64,000 nucleotides of DNA from Octopus bimaculoides (GCF_001194135.2 NC_068993.1:31622819-31686818); one strand, 5' to 3'. Counted from the stretch's first letter, positions 25,945 through 39,539 are shown. Translations and numbers: made by a program. The notes: a model not told the origin generated them from the letters alone.

Positions 25945-26780
25945 TGGTTAAGACTACAAATCGATTTCGCTGGTCCTTTAAATGGTTCTTACTACTTAGT
26001 GTTAGTTCATACTTTCTCGAAATGGAACTGAAATTTTGCAAGTGTTAAAAACCAACCTTCTCAGCTGTGATAATTTTTTTACACGAATTGTTTGCAAGAT
26101 TTGGCATCCCAGACAAGATAGCGTCTGACAAAGGAACGCAATGTCTAGCGAATTTTAAAAGTTTTGTGAAACGTTCGCGGTAGAACATATAACTAATGCG
26201 TCATACCATCCCAAATCTAACGAATAGACAGAACTCTTTGTCGATACCTTCAGGAAAGCTCTAAGAAAGTCAAATAAGGAAGTCGCGGATGAGCTAGCTG
26301 TACAACAATTCTTAAGAGTGTACCGTGTGACACCAAATCCGAATGCACTTACAGGTAGCTCACCAGTGGTGCTGATGTTTGCAAGAAAGAAAAATCAGTC
26401 TTTGATAAATTGCTATCAGGCAAGATAAGAAAAAGTGCCAGGGAACATATAACAAAGTTCTTTAAAGTTGGTGAAAAGGTGTATATGAGGGTATACAAGA
26501 ATGGAAACTAATGTTAGGAAGATGAGACGTAATTACCAAATGCATAGATAAAATGATGCATTGGTTAAAATGTAGAAAAGTCACACAATAGAGTCACAGA
26601 AACCAACTAAAAAAGATATTCGTGGAAAGGGAACCAAAGAAGTTGGAGGAACCGATGGAATGGTTGTACACGTTCCAAGTATCAACCTCACTGCAGGTGA
26701 TTGAAGTCAGGCGTACAAGTGAAAGCAAAAAACATACCAAGTTCATGAAAATAGATGCCAAGCGCAAAAAATATTAAATT
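25945..26780 (+). mobile_element. Gypsy-type LTR retrotransposon integrase relic
   Basis: Degenerate translation LQIDFAGPLNGSYYLVLV...ELFARFGIPDKIASDKGTQ...YHPKSN...FVDTFRKAL...FLRVYRVTP...SPVVLMFAR (rve core); stops and frameshifts. Confidence 0.9.
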
Positions 26781-26873
26781 GTACGAAAAAATCAGAAATG
26801 GGAGGTGGGATGAGTAAAAAAAAAATATTGTTAAATAAAATGACACATCCCAAGAAAAACTTTAAAAGGGTTA

Positions 26874-27072
26874 TGTTGTAGGAAATTAGTAATAATGGTA
26901 TACTCCTCCCACCTGACGAACGGAATAAGTAGTCACTATAAATAAAGAGAAGTACGTGAAGTACCGGAGTGTATCATAGACAGTCAGAGATAGTCGTGTC
27001 TTTACTGGTTTGGCTAAGTATACTGCATACCGAAGTGGGCGTTTTAATAATCAAACATATTAAGATATAACA
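26874..27072 (+). mobile_element. putative 3' LTR of the Gypsy relic
   Basis: TGTTGTA...TATAACA termini (6/7 inverted match), purine tract AAAAGGG just upstream, internal TATAAATA; no partner LTR seen. Confidence 0.55.
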
Positions 27073-27246
27073 TTATTATTGTTATTATTGTATACCTGTT
27101 CAATATTTGGTAGAGTGAAGCAAATTTCTACTGCATCGCCCGTTACACCTCCGTGTTACTGGGTTGTGTGCAGCATTGTGTTCTTTTCTGCTGTTAGCTT
27201 TTTTCTTTGAGGTGTGGTGCTGTCTTTTGTTGTGTTTGGTTTTCTG

Positions 27247-27247
27247 G

Positions 27248-27291
<44 letters not shown>

Positions 27292-27312
27292 CATCATCAT
27301 CATCATCATCAT
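27247..27312. repeat. (ATT)n(ATC)n microsatellite at the 3' flank of the R4/Dong element
   Basis: Directly visible. Confidence 0.95.
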
Positions 27313-30300
27313 TTTCATAAGCATCTCCTTTCAATTCTGTTTTGATTTCAGGTCAGTGAAACGTACAGTATACATTGGTAGGCCATTAAAACATGCACAC
27401 TAGATTGTTCATTTATAGAGTCATGTGACAGAAAAAAGGGAAGACAGAGAGAAAAAGGAGCAAAATAAAAAATAGAAAAGTAAACAAATAAAATAATGGG
27501 GGAAAAGGAAAGATAATTTGCACCGACAATGCTCTTCTCAATACGTGTGACGTACCAGTTAAGACAATCTTTTGCACTTCCTGCATGGATGGTAAGCCAG
27601 GGATCATTCTTAAATAACTTTCAGTTCCATTTTTGATCATTCAAAGTGCTCCTACAACAACTGGTATTGTAACCGTCTTGAGATGCCATATCTTTTCAGT
27701 TTCGATTAGCAGATCTTTATATTTTCTCAGCTTATCAAATTCTTTTGCTGCCGAGATATTATGGTTACAGAGTATACTCATGTCAATCAATAAATAAACT
27801 TTATTGCTTTTGTCTATCACAACAATATCTGGTTTAATGCCTTGATGGTCCGATCTGTACGTACTGGAAAGTGCCGAAGAATCGTTACATTTTCTCCCTC
27901 AGTTACAGCCTCAGGGTGGTGCTTGTACCATTTGTCAGCAGATTTGATTTTATAATGCCGACACATTATCCAATATAGATACTGGCCAACTCTGTCATGA
28001 CTTGATTTATACTCAACAGGTGCTGAAACCTTACATCCACAGATTAGGTGGTCGATTGTTTCTATTCTATTGTTGAAGTATCGACACTTTGGGTCTCAAC
28101 CATTTTTCATCACATTGGCTTGATAGTTCCGAGTCAATAAGTTCTGATCTTGGGCAACCAAGATAAAGCCTTCACTCTCTAGATTTAGCCCTGAACTCCG
28201 TAGCCACTGATGTGTGTACTTCTGGTCTACAACCGCTTGTTTGCTACAAGCCACATATTTGCCACGCAGTATTTTTTGTTTCCATCTATCAGCTAATTGT
28301 TCAAATGCATTTTGCTTTGCTACTGATTTCACCTCCTTTGTAACTACAGTTGCTGCACTTCCATCATGCTGTTCAACCTGGGTATTATACATAAACTCAC
28401 TTGAAAATTTTTTGTTCTCCTTATTCCTACCGTTTAATTTCGACTTAAGGATCATTCTCAGTCTGTGCAAGTACTACATCTTAAATTTTTCTCTCATTCC
28501 TTTCTCCATCAATTTATCCATTTCCAAAATCCCCACGTACCTACAGTCTGTCTCTTCTATCTGCTTCATAACCTCCCCCGACGGTATCGTTAGCCCGTCC
28601 ATATATTTGATTTTGCCTCTCTTCAAGATTAACACACCACACTTTCTCAGTCCAAACTCCATTCTGATATCAGCAATGAAGGTATGTGCCGTATCAACGA
28701 GGGAACTGACTTGGGCTTCATCTTTACCATAAAGTTTGAGGTCATCCATGAATAACAAATGGTTGACTTTTTGTTGGCGGCTTTTGAATATATATCCAGC
28801 TTTTGCTTTCCTCAGAATCAGTGTTAGTGGTATCAAGCATAGTACAAAGATCAGTGGGGACAGGCAGTCCCCTTGGAAGATACCCCTCCTAATTTCTACT
28901 GTCCCTAAGCTTCTTCTGCATGCTGTCAGGTCCGTCCTCCACTTCGCCATACTTTTTCCAAGGAATCGCTCAACAGTCGATGTAATACCAAATAGGTTCA
29001 TACATTCCATAATACAAGAATGTGGGATCATATTGTACGCCTTACGATAGTAGATCCATGAAATGGCTAGGTTACTTTTCCTCCTCTTGCAGTCTCTATG
29101 TACAGTTTTGTCTATCAGGAGTTGATCCTTGGTACTTCTGCACCTACGCCTGCAACCCTTCTGCTCATGTGGCAGGACTCCATTCTTTTCTAGATGTTCG
29201 TACATTGACTCTGCGAGTATTCCACTCAATAACTTCCACATAAGTGGCAAACAGGATATCGGCTTGTAATTGTCTACCGTATTGCCTTTTTCGACGTTTT
29301 TCAAGCACAGCACTGTTCTACCCAATGTCAACCACTCTGGTGTTACCTGGTCGGCATTTAACAAGGTGTTGAGTTGCACAGCTATTCGTGCATGACATTC
29401 ACCNNNNNNNNNNTACTGTTTGTTTCAGTTCTTGCAACCATTCAGCATCCTTCTTGTGCTTCTTGTCTTTGCTCCAGATGTCACTCCAAAACCTTTGACG
29501 TTCAATGTTATCTGGTATCAACTCTTCATCTGTACACTCTCCATTTATTTCTTTATAGAATCTCTTCTGATCTACTATGATTAACCTATTCTGGTGGTAA
29601 CCCTTCATTCTTTGGTCGTATCTTACCATCTTTGCAACGAGGCGCTCTTTCAGTTCCTCCATCACCACTTTCAGGCCCTTCCTTTCAATATTATACTTCC
29701 TTTTCAGCGCCCTGTATTTTTGTTCGCTTTTAAGGTCCTCTTACTCTTTTCTCTCTTCGGTCTAACACAGAGATCTCCTTCGGGAGCATGTCTAATCCGG
29801 CCTGTATTCTTCTTTTCCGTCATGGATCTTTTCTTTTGTCACTCTCATTATGTTTCTTATTCTTGACATCAAAGCCCACGTTTTCTGCTACAATAATTGC
29901 TGCCATGATCAAATTATTTGTTCTTGTGATGTTTGTTCGTTCTGATGTATTTCAGAATTTCATTGACATTTTTCGTTTCTTGGTTCAATTTCCATCGATC
30001 AACCTCTTTAAGTTTGCAAATAATGTCGCTATCGTTCTCTTGTAGCCTTGCCTTTATTCTGTCGTAGATTGCCTTTTGTTCATCTGTCATGTCACCATTA
30101 GTTTTATTGTCTTCTTTTAGATCATCTATATGTCTCTCATCAGGTAAACTACCACTGCTCCTTTCCTGTGCTCATCGTTATCTCTGCTGCTATTTTCCAA
30201 GACCCGTCTTTTGATAGCTTTGAGCTTCACTTCTGTGAACCAACGATTTTTTTATTGCTCTAGCTTGGTCACATAGTCTCTGTCCCGTGAGTTGAAACAA

Positions 30301-30687
30301 TCCCTTTTCTCTCTAATGATCATACATACGTTGTCGGTAACCCCTAATTTGAGCACCATTTTCATCTACCGGGCTGCTCATGTGGTAACACTTCATGACC
30401 ATAGCATTAATTTGCTTGCTCCATCTACGCTGTGTGTGGTGGTCCCTTTTTGGATATCGACAGGCTGGAGCCAGACCAGAATCTCTGAGACTGCCGGGTG
30501 CAACACTGTCACCATCATTGGCTTCAGTTACATTACCACCGTTATTCACGATATTTTGTTTTTTCATTGTCGCTCATATGATATGAGTTAGCGATTATCA
30601 GGTTGCGCAATTACCAGTGTTTTTATTGTAACACCATCACTAGATGTATCATTAATCAGTCCATGGGAAGGCTCCACCCGTTTCCTT
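27312..30687 (-). mobile_element. near full-length R4/Dong-clade non-LTR retrotransposon (RT + restriction-like endonuclease), disrupted
   Basis: N-terminal RRWSKQINAMVMKCY...RGYRQRMY (30313-30567); RT ORF 28474-29379 with [31 protein letters not shown]; C-terminal RHDRVG.., PDIV-type REL motif and QEVQKIVLTGTSHVLRRAL; (TAA)n at both flanks. Confidence 0.92.
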
Positions 30688-31282
30688 TCATTATTATTAT
30701 TATTATCATCATCACTGATATCACTGATATTATTGTTTTTATGTGTAGTAGCAGCAGTGGTTGCAGCAACAGCAGCAGTAGCAGGGGTGGGGTATTGGTA
30801 AGGTTGGTAGTTGGGCCACAGATTCCTGTGCTATCATAATAATAGTGTTTGTAGTATTAGCAGCTGCAGCATATTATTTTTATTTTTATCATTATCACCA
30901 TTAGCACCACAATCATTGTTATTATCATTGTTACAATTTCCATTTATTATTAAAAGGTTTTACTAAATGTTCTTTATTTTCAACTTTTGTCTTGTACAAG
31001 AGATAATCATAGATATGTGGTCGTGGGAGGAAATAGTTGAGTGGCAGCTTAATGAACAGATCATATTCTACAGGTCTATAAATATATTCGGCAGATTGTG
31101 GGGAGGTCAGCCATAGAGACAAAAGAATCTTTGCACCCATTGGGTCAGCAGAGGTCAAATGTGTTTACTACTACCAGTGACTACTGAGAGCGCTGCCTTG
31201 AAAAGAAGCAATTCAACATGTTCTATTTGTAATTACTGGTAAAAAAAAACAATAATACATATACACATACACACACACACAC

Positions 31283-31321
<39 letters not shown>

Positions 31322-31749
31322 TACATATATATGCTGATATTCATGTCGTTGAATTTTAAAAAAGTTTTCTTGAGATGTTCGTTTGTCTCTCCACTTGGAG
31401 AATACAATAGGACTTTTGCAATGAAAAGTATATTTACATTTTCGAATACTCAGGGAGAGTCAAAAAGAAAAGAAAACCAGTTGTAGATAGTAAAGTTTTA
31501 AGATTTACTAAACATGGTCTTTTGTATGACCGCACGGAGAGAAATAGTAGTTTTGGTGTTGATAGATTTATCTCCAGGCATAGTTTTTTGTGGTGTTTTT
31601 AAACTTATGACTTGTTCACTCTGTCTGTGTTAGTCCGAAAATTAAAAAAATTATTTTGTTTTGTTTGATTGGGTCGGTTAGTAAGCAACTTCGCTTTTCT
31701 TTATCTATAATTGTTATGCCCGGTTTATTATTTTCTAGCCTTTTGTCCG

Positions 31750-32790
31750 TTTGAACGGGAATGTCTCACAACATCTTAGATTTCTCCAACTCCAGTACTC
31801 TTTCGACTTGGTGATTGTACCATGTGTTTCGAGCTTCAAATCCCCGTTTTTGGCACAATTTCCGCTGTAAAACTTTTACAACCTGGTCGTGCCTCCATTT
31901 CTTATATTCTTCCTGTACCAACTTGGGGCATTCTGCCACACTGTGCACCACTCTCTTATTCCAAGTTCCACTTATTCCAAGTACATTAGTCTGACATATC
32001 CTCATATATATCTTTTACTCAAGTTGTTTTTATCGCTTGCTTTTGGGCTGCTACACTTAGGATCTCTGTTTCTTTCTTTTGATTGCCCCTTTTTTAACCA
32101 AACCCAAGATTTTGTCTTACATACGTCTTCAATGGCTCTTCAAAGTTGGCTATGCAGAGTTTTCTCTTTTGACTTGCTCTTTTCGTATTTCATTCTTATC
32201 TTTTTCTCCCATTAGGCGCTCCATCACCTGTTCTTTATTTACTGTCTTCAGTATTAGTGTTTCTATGCTGCGCTGTAAATACTCTACTAGCTTTTTCATT
32301 CCATCTCTACTCATTCTTCTACTGCTATTATGCCTCTTCTGCCCTGGTCTCTCGTCAAGTACAGCCGATTGGTATCAGCTTCCGGGTGGTGGGCTCCATA
32401 CATTGTCAACAACTTCCTAGTTTTTTTTTTCTGTCAAGTTTCTTTATATCGTTTTTGGCCCAGTCTATGATTCCAACTCCACATTTCATTAAGTGTACTG
32501 CTTTTGAATTTATTACTTCATAAGAATTTTTGAATTCAGCTCTGACTGCAACAATTTTCTAACTCTCCTTGTGTACTCCCTACTAGTCATTTGTTTCCTT
32601 TTTACCACTTTTTCCATTTTTACTTATACCAACTGTCCTTTACCAATCGCTCTCATTGTTTGCACATTTGGCATTTCAGTTCCCTGGCAACTTTCAAATC
32701 TTCCTCGTTTTATTTTCAATATAATGCACTTTTCTATCCTAAATTCCATATCTACGTCATTTAAGAAAACGCATCAATTAAGAATATGAT
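31750..32790 (-). mobile_element. second R4/Dong-clade LINE fragment (late RT, thumb, Cys/His knuckle region)
   Basis: MEFRIEKC..LKIKRG; HSVAECPKLVQEEYKKWRHDQVVKVLQRKLCQK; many stops. Confidence 0.8.
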
Positions 32791-32805
32791 TTTCTTCCGA
32801 CTTTC

Positions 32806-33540
32806 AGAGCAGGAAAAATTACATCAAAAAATGATTATTAATAGATAGATATATAAATGTATAAAGCATGATTATTTAAAAATTTAATATATCTTACAAT
32901 CGTTTCATGATTGTATTACCCTTCGACATGAAATCTAAAATTGATAATCATTATAAGGCAATACATCCACTCGTCAGAGAAAAAGGGTGCATTTCTGTGT
33001 AGACAATCGAATGCTATTTAAAGATATAAGGAAAAGATATTGTTTAAAAAGTTAAGACATAGATGTGTGTTGGTCCATCCTTGGGCTAAAAATTTTGAAC
33101 AAATTTTCTGCATTTGTGGATCACATATTGAAGAGAATGGATTTATGGGATTTATATCTACACTCAGCCATTATGGATTACTGCAGAGTATTTTACCACG
33201 GATGTGTATTGTTTCTTCAAAATTTTAAGCCCAAGGTTGGACCAACTCACATCTATAACAACAACATTTTAAACACCATTTTCATATATTTTTAAATAAC
33301 ATTGGATTGACTACATGGAAATTCACTCTTTTTCTCTGGCAACAGGATGTATTGCCTAAAAATAATTATAAATTTTAGATTTCATTTCGAAGGGTAATAA
33401 AGACATGAAACGATCGTAAGATATTCTAAACTTTTTAAATAATCATATTTATATATCTATCTATTAATATAATATTATTTTGGACGTATGTCTTCTGTGA
33501 TGGTTTTTTATGTAATTTTTCCTGCTCTAACATTATAATA
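32806..33540. mobile_element. long foldback element / MITE (near-complete palindrome)
   Basis: Arms about 32806-33100 and 33217-33528 are reverse complements (e.g. ATAGATGTGTGTTGGTCCATCCTTGGGCTAAAAATTTTGAA / TTCAAAATTTTAAGCCCAAGGTTGGACCAACTCACATCTAT). Confidence 0.85.
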
Positions 33541-33977
33541 TCTATATATATGTGTGTGTGTGTGTGTGTGTCTGTGTGTCTGTGTGCGTGCGTTCATATA
33601 TGTATATANNNNNNNNNNNNNNNNNNNNNNNNNNNNNNNNNNNNNNNNNNNNNNNNNNNNNNNNNNNNNNNNNNNNNNNNNNNNNNNNNNNNNNNNNNNN
33701 NNNNNNNNNNNNNNNNNNNNNNNNNNNNNNNNNNNNNNNNNNNNNNNNNNNNNNNNNNNNNNNNNNNNNNNNNNNNNNNNNNNNNNNNNNNNNNNNNNNN
33801 NNNNNNNNNNNNNNNNNNNNNNNNNNNNNNNNNNNNNNNNNNNNNNNNNNNNNNNNNNNNNNNNNNNNNNNNNNNNNNNNNNNNNNNNNNNNNNNNNNNN
33901 NNNNNNNNNNNNNNNNNNNNNNNNNNNNNNNNNNNNNNNNNNNNNNNNNNNNNNNNNNNNNNNNNNNNNNNNNNNNN

Positions 33978-34020
<43 letters not shown>

Positions 34021-34234
34021 TTATGAGCGATAGTGGTGTCAATTAGACCGAGAGGTTTCAGGTAATGCTGAGTAAGTGCTTTGGATAGACCACAGTTAAG
34101 TTCCAGGTTCGATGGTTATGCGAATAAGTGGTCCAACGTAGGTCATATATCAGCGTGTGAATATAGGATATACTTTTTGTAATGAGATAAAAAAACCAAG
34201 GCCGTGTATAATATAGAACATTTATAAATCGAAT

Positions 34235-34456
34235 GACTTACAGCTATTTCCAGGATATTTATTATAACCCTTCATCGGAGACGGTTTGAGAGGATGATTA
34301 AGCAATAGTTATGTATACCATTCTGCCAAAACAATGGATTTACAAATACAATATCCCTACATCCACTCTATATTTCCTATCTTAACTAAACTAACTATTG
34401 CTTAATCATTTTCTCACACCGTCTCCGATGAAGGGATATAATAAATATTCTGGAAA
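34235..34456. repeat. inverted repeat with an HHR-like motif (CCGATGA core) in each arm
   Basis: 34246-34311 is the reverse complement of 34392-34456; GTCT-CCGATGA-A-GGG(A/T)TAT..ATAT(C/T)CT-G-GAAA-(C/T)AGCTG-TA. Confidence 0.8.
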
Positions 34457-34620
34457 CAGGGTTTTAGTAGAAGAAATCGACCCCAGGGCTAATCTGTTGT
34501 ATGCCTAGTATTTATTCTATAGGTGACTTTTGCCAAACAGTTAAGTTACGTAAACATAAATACACCAGCATCGGTTGTCAAGCGATGGCGGTTGGAGGAC
34601 TCACAGAGATACACACACGC
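34457..34620 (-). mobile_element. SINE family B 3' half, truncating the right HHR arm
   Basis: GGTTTTAGTAGAAGAAATCGACCCCAGG...CACCAGCATCGGTTGTCAAGCGATGG. Confidence 0.75.
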
Positions 34621-34651
34621 ACACACACACACACACACATATATATATGTG

Positions 34652-34693
<42 letters not shown>

Positions 34694-35550
34694 NNNNNNN
34701 NNNNNNNNNNNNNNNNNNNNNNNNNNNNNNNNNNNNNNNNNNNNNNNNNNNNNNNNNNNNNNNNNNNNNNNNNNNNNNNNNNNNNNNNNNNNNNNNNNNN
34801 NNNNNNNNNNNNNNNNNNNNNNNNNNNNNNNNNNNNNNNNNNNNNNNNNNNNNNNNNNNNNNNNNNNNNNNNNNNNNNNNNNNNNNNNNNNNNNNNNNNN
34901 NNNNNNNNNNNNNNNNNNNNNNNNNNNNNNNNNNNNNNNNNNNNNNNNNNNNNNNNNNNNNNNNNNNNNNNNNNNNNNNNNNNNNNNNNNNNNNNNNNNN
35001 NNNNNNNNNNNNNNNNNNNNNNNNNNNNNNNNNNNNNNNNNNNNNNNNNNNNNNNNNNNNNNNNNNNNNNNNNNNNNNNNNNNNNNNNNNNNNNNNNNNN
35101 NNNNNNNNNNNNNNNNNNNNNNNNNNNNNNNNNNNNNNNNNNNNNNNNNNNNNNNNNNNNNNNNNNNNNNNNNNNNNNNNNNNNNNNNNNNNNNNNNNNN
35201 NNNNNNNNNNNNNNNNNNNNNNNNNNNNNNNNNNNNNNNNNNNNNNNNNNNNNNNNNNNNNNNNNNNNNNNNNNNNNNNNNNNNNNNNNNNNNNNNNNNN
35301 NNNNNNNNNNNNNNNNNNNNNNNNNNNNNNNNNNNNNNNNNNNNNNNNNNNNNNNNNNNNNNNNNNNNNNNNNNNNNNNNNNNNNNNNNNNNNNNNNNNN
35401 NNNNNNNNNGGTGAGAGGGATAACTACCCTTGGCAAACAGGACACAGTCGTGTGTCGATAAGCCAGCTGGAGGAGATGTCCTCCTGGGGCTAAAAGCAAC
35501 AGTAACATCCACCCCTAGGGGTCAGCCACACTTAAGTGGCAATATACTAC

Positions 35551-35585
<35 letters not shown>

Positions 35586-36118
35586 TGTATGTAAACACAC
35601 ACATGCATAAAAACATACACACGCACATAGATACATACATACGTACGTACGTACATACATACATACATACATACATACATACAAACATACATACATACAT
35701 AGACATACATTGTTCAATGTCTATTAATCTATTGTAAAAAACAACGGAAGACAACGCGTTACCAAATATTTGCACTCTTTCAATGTTTGCAAAAGCCGTG
35801 TTTCCGAAAAAATATCAGTAAATATTTGCATTATACTCATTAACACACATAATCATACATTCTATGTATGCATGTATGTATGTTTGTATGTATGTAAGTA
35901 TGTATGCATGCATGCATGCATGCATGTATGTATGTATGTATGTATGTAAGTATGTATGTATGCATGCATGCATGCATGCATGTATGTATGTATGTATGNN
36001 NNNNNNNNTGTATGTATGTCGATCGATAGGTTGATAGATAGATAGATGCGTAGGTTGATAGAAGTAATAATACACACAGACACATAAATACACAAAAACA
36101 CGTGAATATATACATATG

Positions 36119-36152
<34 letters not shown>

Positions 36153-36570
36153 CATATATATGTATGCATGTATGTATGTACGTATATGTATATAAATACA
36201 TACACAGACATTTTATTTGACAAGATAATTAGCTATAATGCTATAATGACACACATACACACACACACATACACACACATATATATATATATATATGTTT
36301 ACAATGGACGTTCAGGGATGTATATGTCTACGTAGTCAGAAAAATCAACGTTGTAGATGGTTGATGTTGCAAAGATTGGAACTTAACATTTATTTATGTT
36401 TAATCAGTTCTCGGTTCTGCAAGGAGGAAATTATTTTGATATAACATCACTTGAGACAGACCAATAATCGATTCCTCAGGGTTAAAATATGTCATTCACT
36501 ACTATATTTATTTATTTTCGTTTGCGTCCCATTGTTTATCATACATTTATATGTACATATACACACATTA

Positions 36571-36571
<1 letters not shown>

Positions 36572-36659
<88 letters not shown>

Positions 36660-36700
36660 TACATACATACATACATACATACATACATACATACATAATA
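36572..36700. repeat. (TATC)n(TA)n(TACA)n microsatellite
   Basis: Directly visible. Confidence 0.95.
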
Positions 36701-37107
36701 CATAAATAGTTATGTATATATGCATCCTTGTATATATATACGTTTGTGTGATAAAAATGATAATCGTTGTATGGGATTTATACATATTTTAATGCATTGC
36801 TACACGCGTTTCTACAAATGACATGGAAATCACATTCTTGGAATGATTACAATGCAGTCCATAGTATCCATGGATGTCGGGTAGATTATGTTCATGCATT
36901 CATTTCTTCAGCCATAAATTTATCCTACATTATATCGGCACAGCTCTGTGCGACCCAAAATAACTGGTATTGCTAGTTGGCATCATTAGGTTGTAGCCGA
37001 TATAAGAGAACAGGAACTTTTATACGCATATTCAAAACGTTTCCAGTAAACGAACTTAAATAATATATATACTTATATATATGTATATATGTACATATAT
37101 ATATAGA

Positions 37108-37176
<69 letters not shown>

Positions 37177-37662
37177 ATGTATGTATGCATATATGTATGC
37201 TTGTGGGTATATACGCATGTGTTTATATACAGAATTATATGGCGTAATGCTTAAATGGTTCGCTTTGTTGCTAAGAGATCCCGGGTTCGTTCTTTTCTCT
37301 CAAATTTCATTTTCTCTTGCCTTGGTTCGACGTATACGTTATGAGTGCACGTGGACCGATTGTACCAATAATCCTAAACGTACGATTTTCTTACACACTA
37401 TGTCACGCTGATTCCACCTGAAAAATTGCAGAAAGTGTCCGTGTATCTGCGGGACTCTCAACCATTTCATATTAATTCAATGAATAGGTAAATCGTTCAA
37501 CTGAATACTCATCGTCGAAACACCCACAGAGATCCACGGTCTTTCTTCCTGTCTTTATGTTTGAGGATATGTGAATCTGTGTGTATGTGTGTAGGCGCAT
37601 GTTTACGTACATGTACGTTTATGTGTGCGCAGACGCGTAGGTGCGTGTAGGCACGTAGGTAT

Positions 37663-37926
37663 GGTCGGTTTAAATGCTGAAGTGTTAAACGAGTATACTA
37701 TAAATTAGTGAAGTAGAAAATATTTCAAGTATATTAGACACCTAAAATGTCGTAAGATCAAAGAGATTGTAAACAGGACTTCTTGTTTGTTTTTGTTTTT
37801 GGTTTTTTGTGTTTCGAAAAGGTGAACATCGTTAGAGTCGCTGAAATAACAATAGGTGTTGTGAAACAAGTAGCTACTTTTGACCTACCATATATTGCAT
37901 GTAAAATGGCTTCTACTAAATTCTGG
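37663..37926 (+). repeat. unclassified interspersed repeat (paralog at 43880-44145)
   Basis: Shared blocks CGGTTTAAATGCT..GTTAAACGAG and ACAAGTAGCTACTTTT..ATGGCTTCTACTAAATTCTGG. Confidence 0.75.
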
Positions 37927-39532
37927 AGTATCTTAAAATATTCCAATACTAATTGTTATTGAATTCTATGTATGAATTATCGATTATAAATTCTTAGAAA
38001 GTTGCACCTTCCGGAAAAAACAGATGCAGAAAAATAAAGCATATAGAGTAAATCTATCTTCAGAAATGAAAAGATCTTTTCATAATTACATCTATATTTC
38101 AATATACTTGATATATATCAAATATACATCGGCATATATCAAAAGAGAATCTGAAATTTTAAATTTTAAACCGTATGTATATATTTGTTTCAAATATAGG
38201 CAAAGAGACAAGAATTTTTAGGGGTGGGGTTTAAACCGACACAAGCAATAGAATAACTTCACTGATACTCTATCATATCAGCTTTGAAAGAATGAAAAGC
38301 AAAGCTGTCCTCGGTGAGATTTTAACTAGGAACCAAAAGGGCAGGGAGAAAAACTCTAATGGTTCTATCTGATGTTGTCAAGTGCGATATTTGACTGTCC
38401 AAATTTTATCACTTGAAACTAATTCTTGGAGAATATATAAATAGTGCACTGCAACGATGGAGATGATAGATAAATGAAAGACCTTATTTAAAACTACGAG
38501 AAGGATCATTCAATTTCGTATTAAGATTTAATCAAATATTTACAAATCTGTGATATATTTAATCGAAAACTAATTCAGCTGCAAATACAAAAAAGTTTTA
38601 TGGATGGAAGGAATTCAGTACATCCCTCAAGCGATTTCTAATTATCCTGTAAAATAATATTTGGAGTCTCGGGTATACCTATTTCTTAGAATAGGGAAAA
38701 ATCACATTAGGACGTTATTTATTCTTTAAGATGAAATTCATACAATAATATATACGTCATTCTATAAAGAAGTACTCGGCCAAATTTTATACGTCAGATG
38801 TGCATGTGTCCATGCGCATGCGTATATGGATGCATGTGCGTCTATATGGGTGTCTATATGGACATGCGCCTGTGTAGAAAGATTTGTATTCTTAGTTCTT
38901 AGAGACAGTTATGCTTTATGGAAATATTGACTGTAGTGGACTAACACATTATCCAGTAGGAAATTAATCTCCCCTCCACAGTCTGCTGTAGCTGAAGACC
39001 AATGTCTTATGACATCTTAGATCTTTTATGTATGAGTGTCAGAGGGAGAGAGAGAGAGAGAGAGAGAGAAATTGTGTGTGCATGTGTATGTGTGTGCGCG
39101 CTCGGGCGTGTACATGTGTATGAGTGTGCGCGCTCGGGCGTGTACATGTGTATCGATGTATATGGATAAGATCCAGAAATCCAAGACTACCAACGTTGTA
39201 AGCTTCAAGCAGACTGCGGCAGATATAGAATACAAAAAGTAGACAGTGTATGCTCAGGAACAAAAGCATTTTACAGGCATTTAAGGCTACACATTTTTCC
39301 CCATATCGAAGTTACGAGAAAATTCGATAAGCTGAAGGTTTCAGTATAGCTCTTGATTAGCAATTAGCGTAAAAAACGAGTAAAATGCAAGCTATATATC
39401 TTTCTTAGCTAGCTTATCCTCTATTGTAATAATTACAGAACGAAGGGTATTCAAATTACCTAATCATCAGGCCGAGAATACCTTAATTAAATGAAGGTTA
39501 CATTGTTACTTGGAATTCTCAAGTTAACTCAC

Positions 39533-39539
39533 CGCAGAT
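39533..39539 (-). CDS. candidate 7-nt micro-exon (ATCTGCG)
   Basis: Long pyrimidine tract ...ttctgttcttctggcttcgctattcatttcaacttAG followed after 7 nt by CG|GTGAGT. Confidence 0.25.

Noticed and set aside
36790-36900. Minus peptide MHEHNLPDIHGYYGLHCNHSKNVISMSF
   Set aside because: Preceded by an in-frame stop with no acceptor; likely chance
39150-39269. Minus ORF MLLFLSIHCLLFVFYICRSLLEAYNVGSLGFLDL (signal- or EF-hand-like)
   Set aside because: No credible donor site; it runs into a CA-rich repeat
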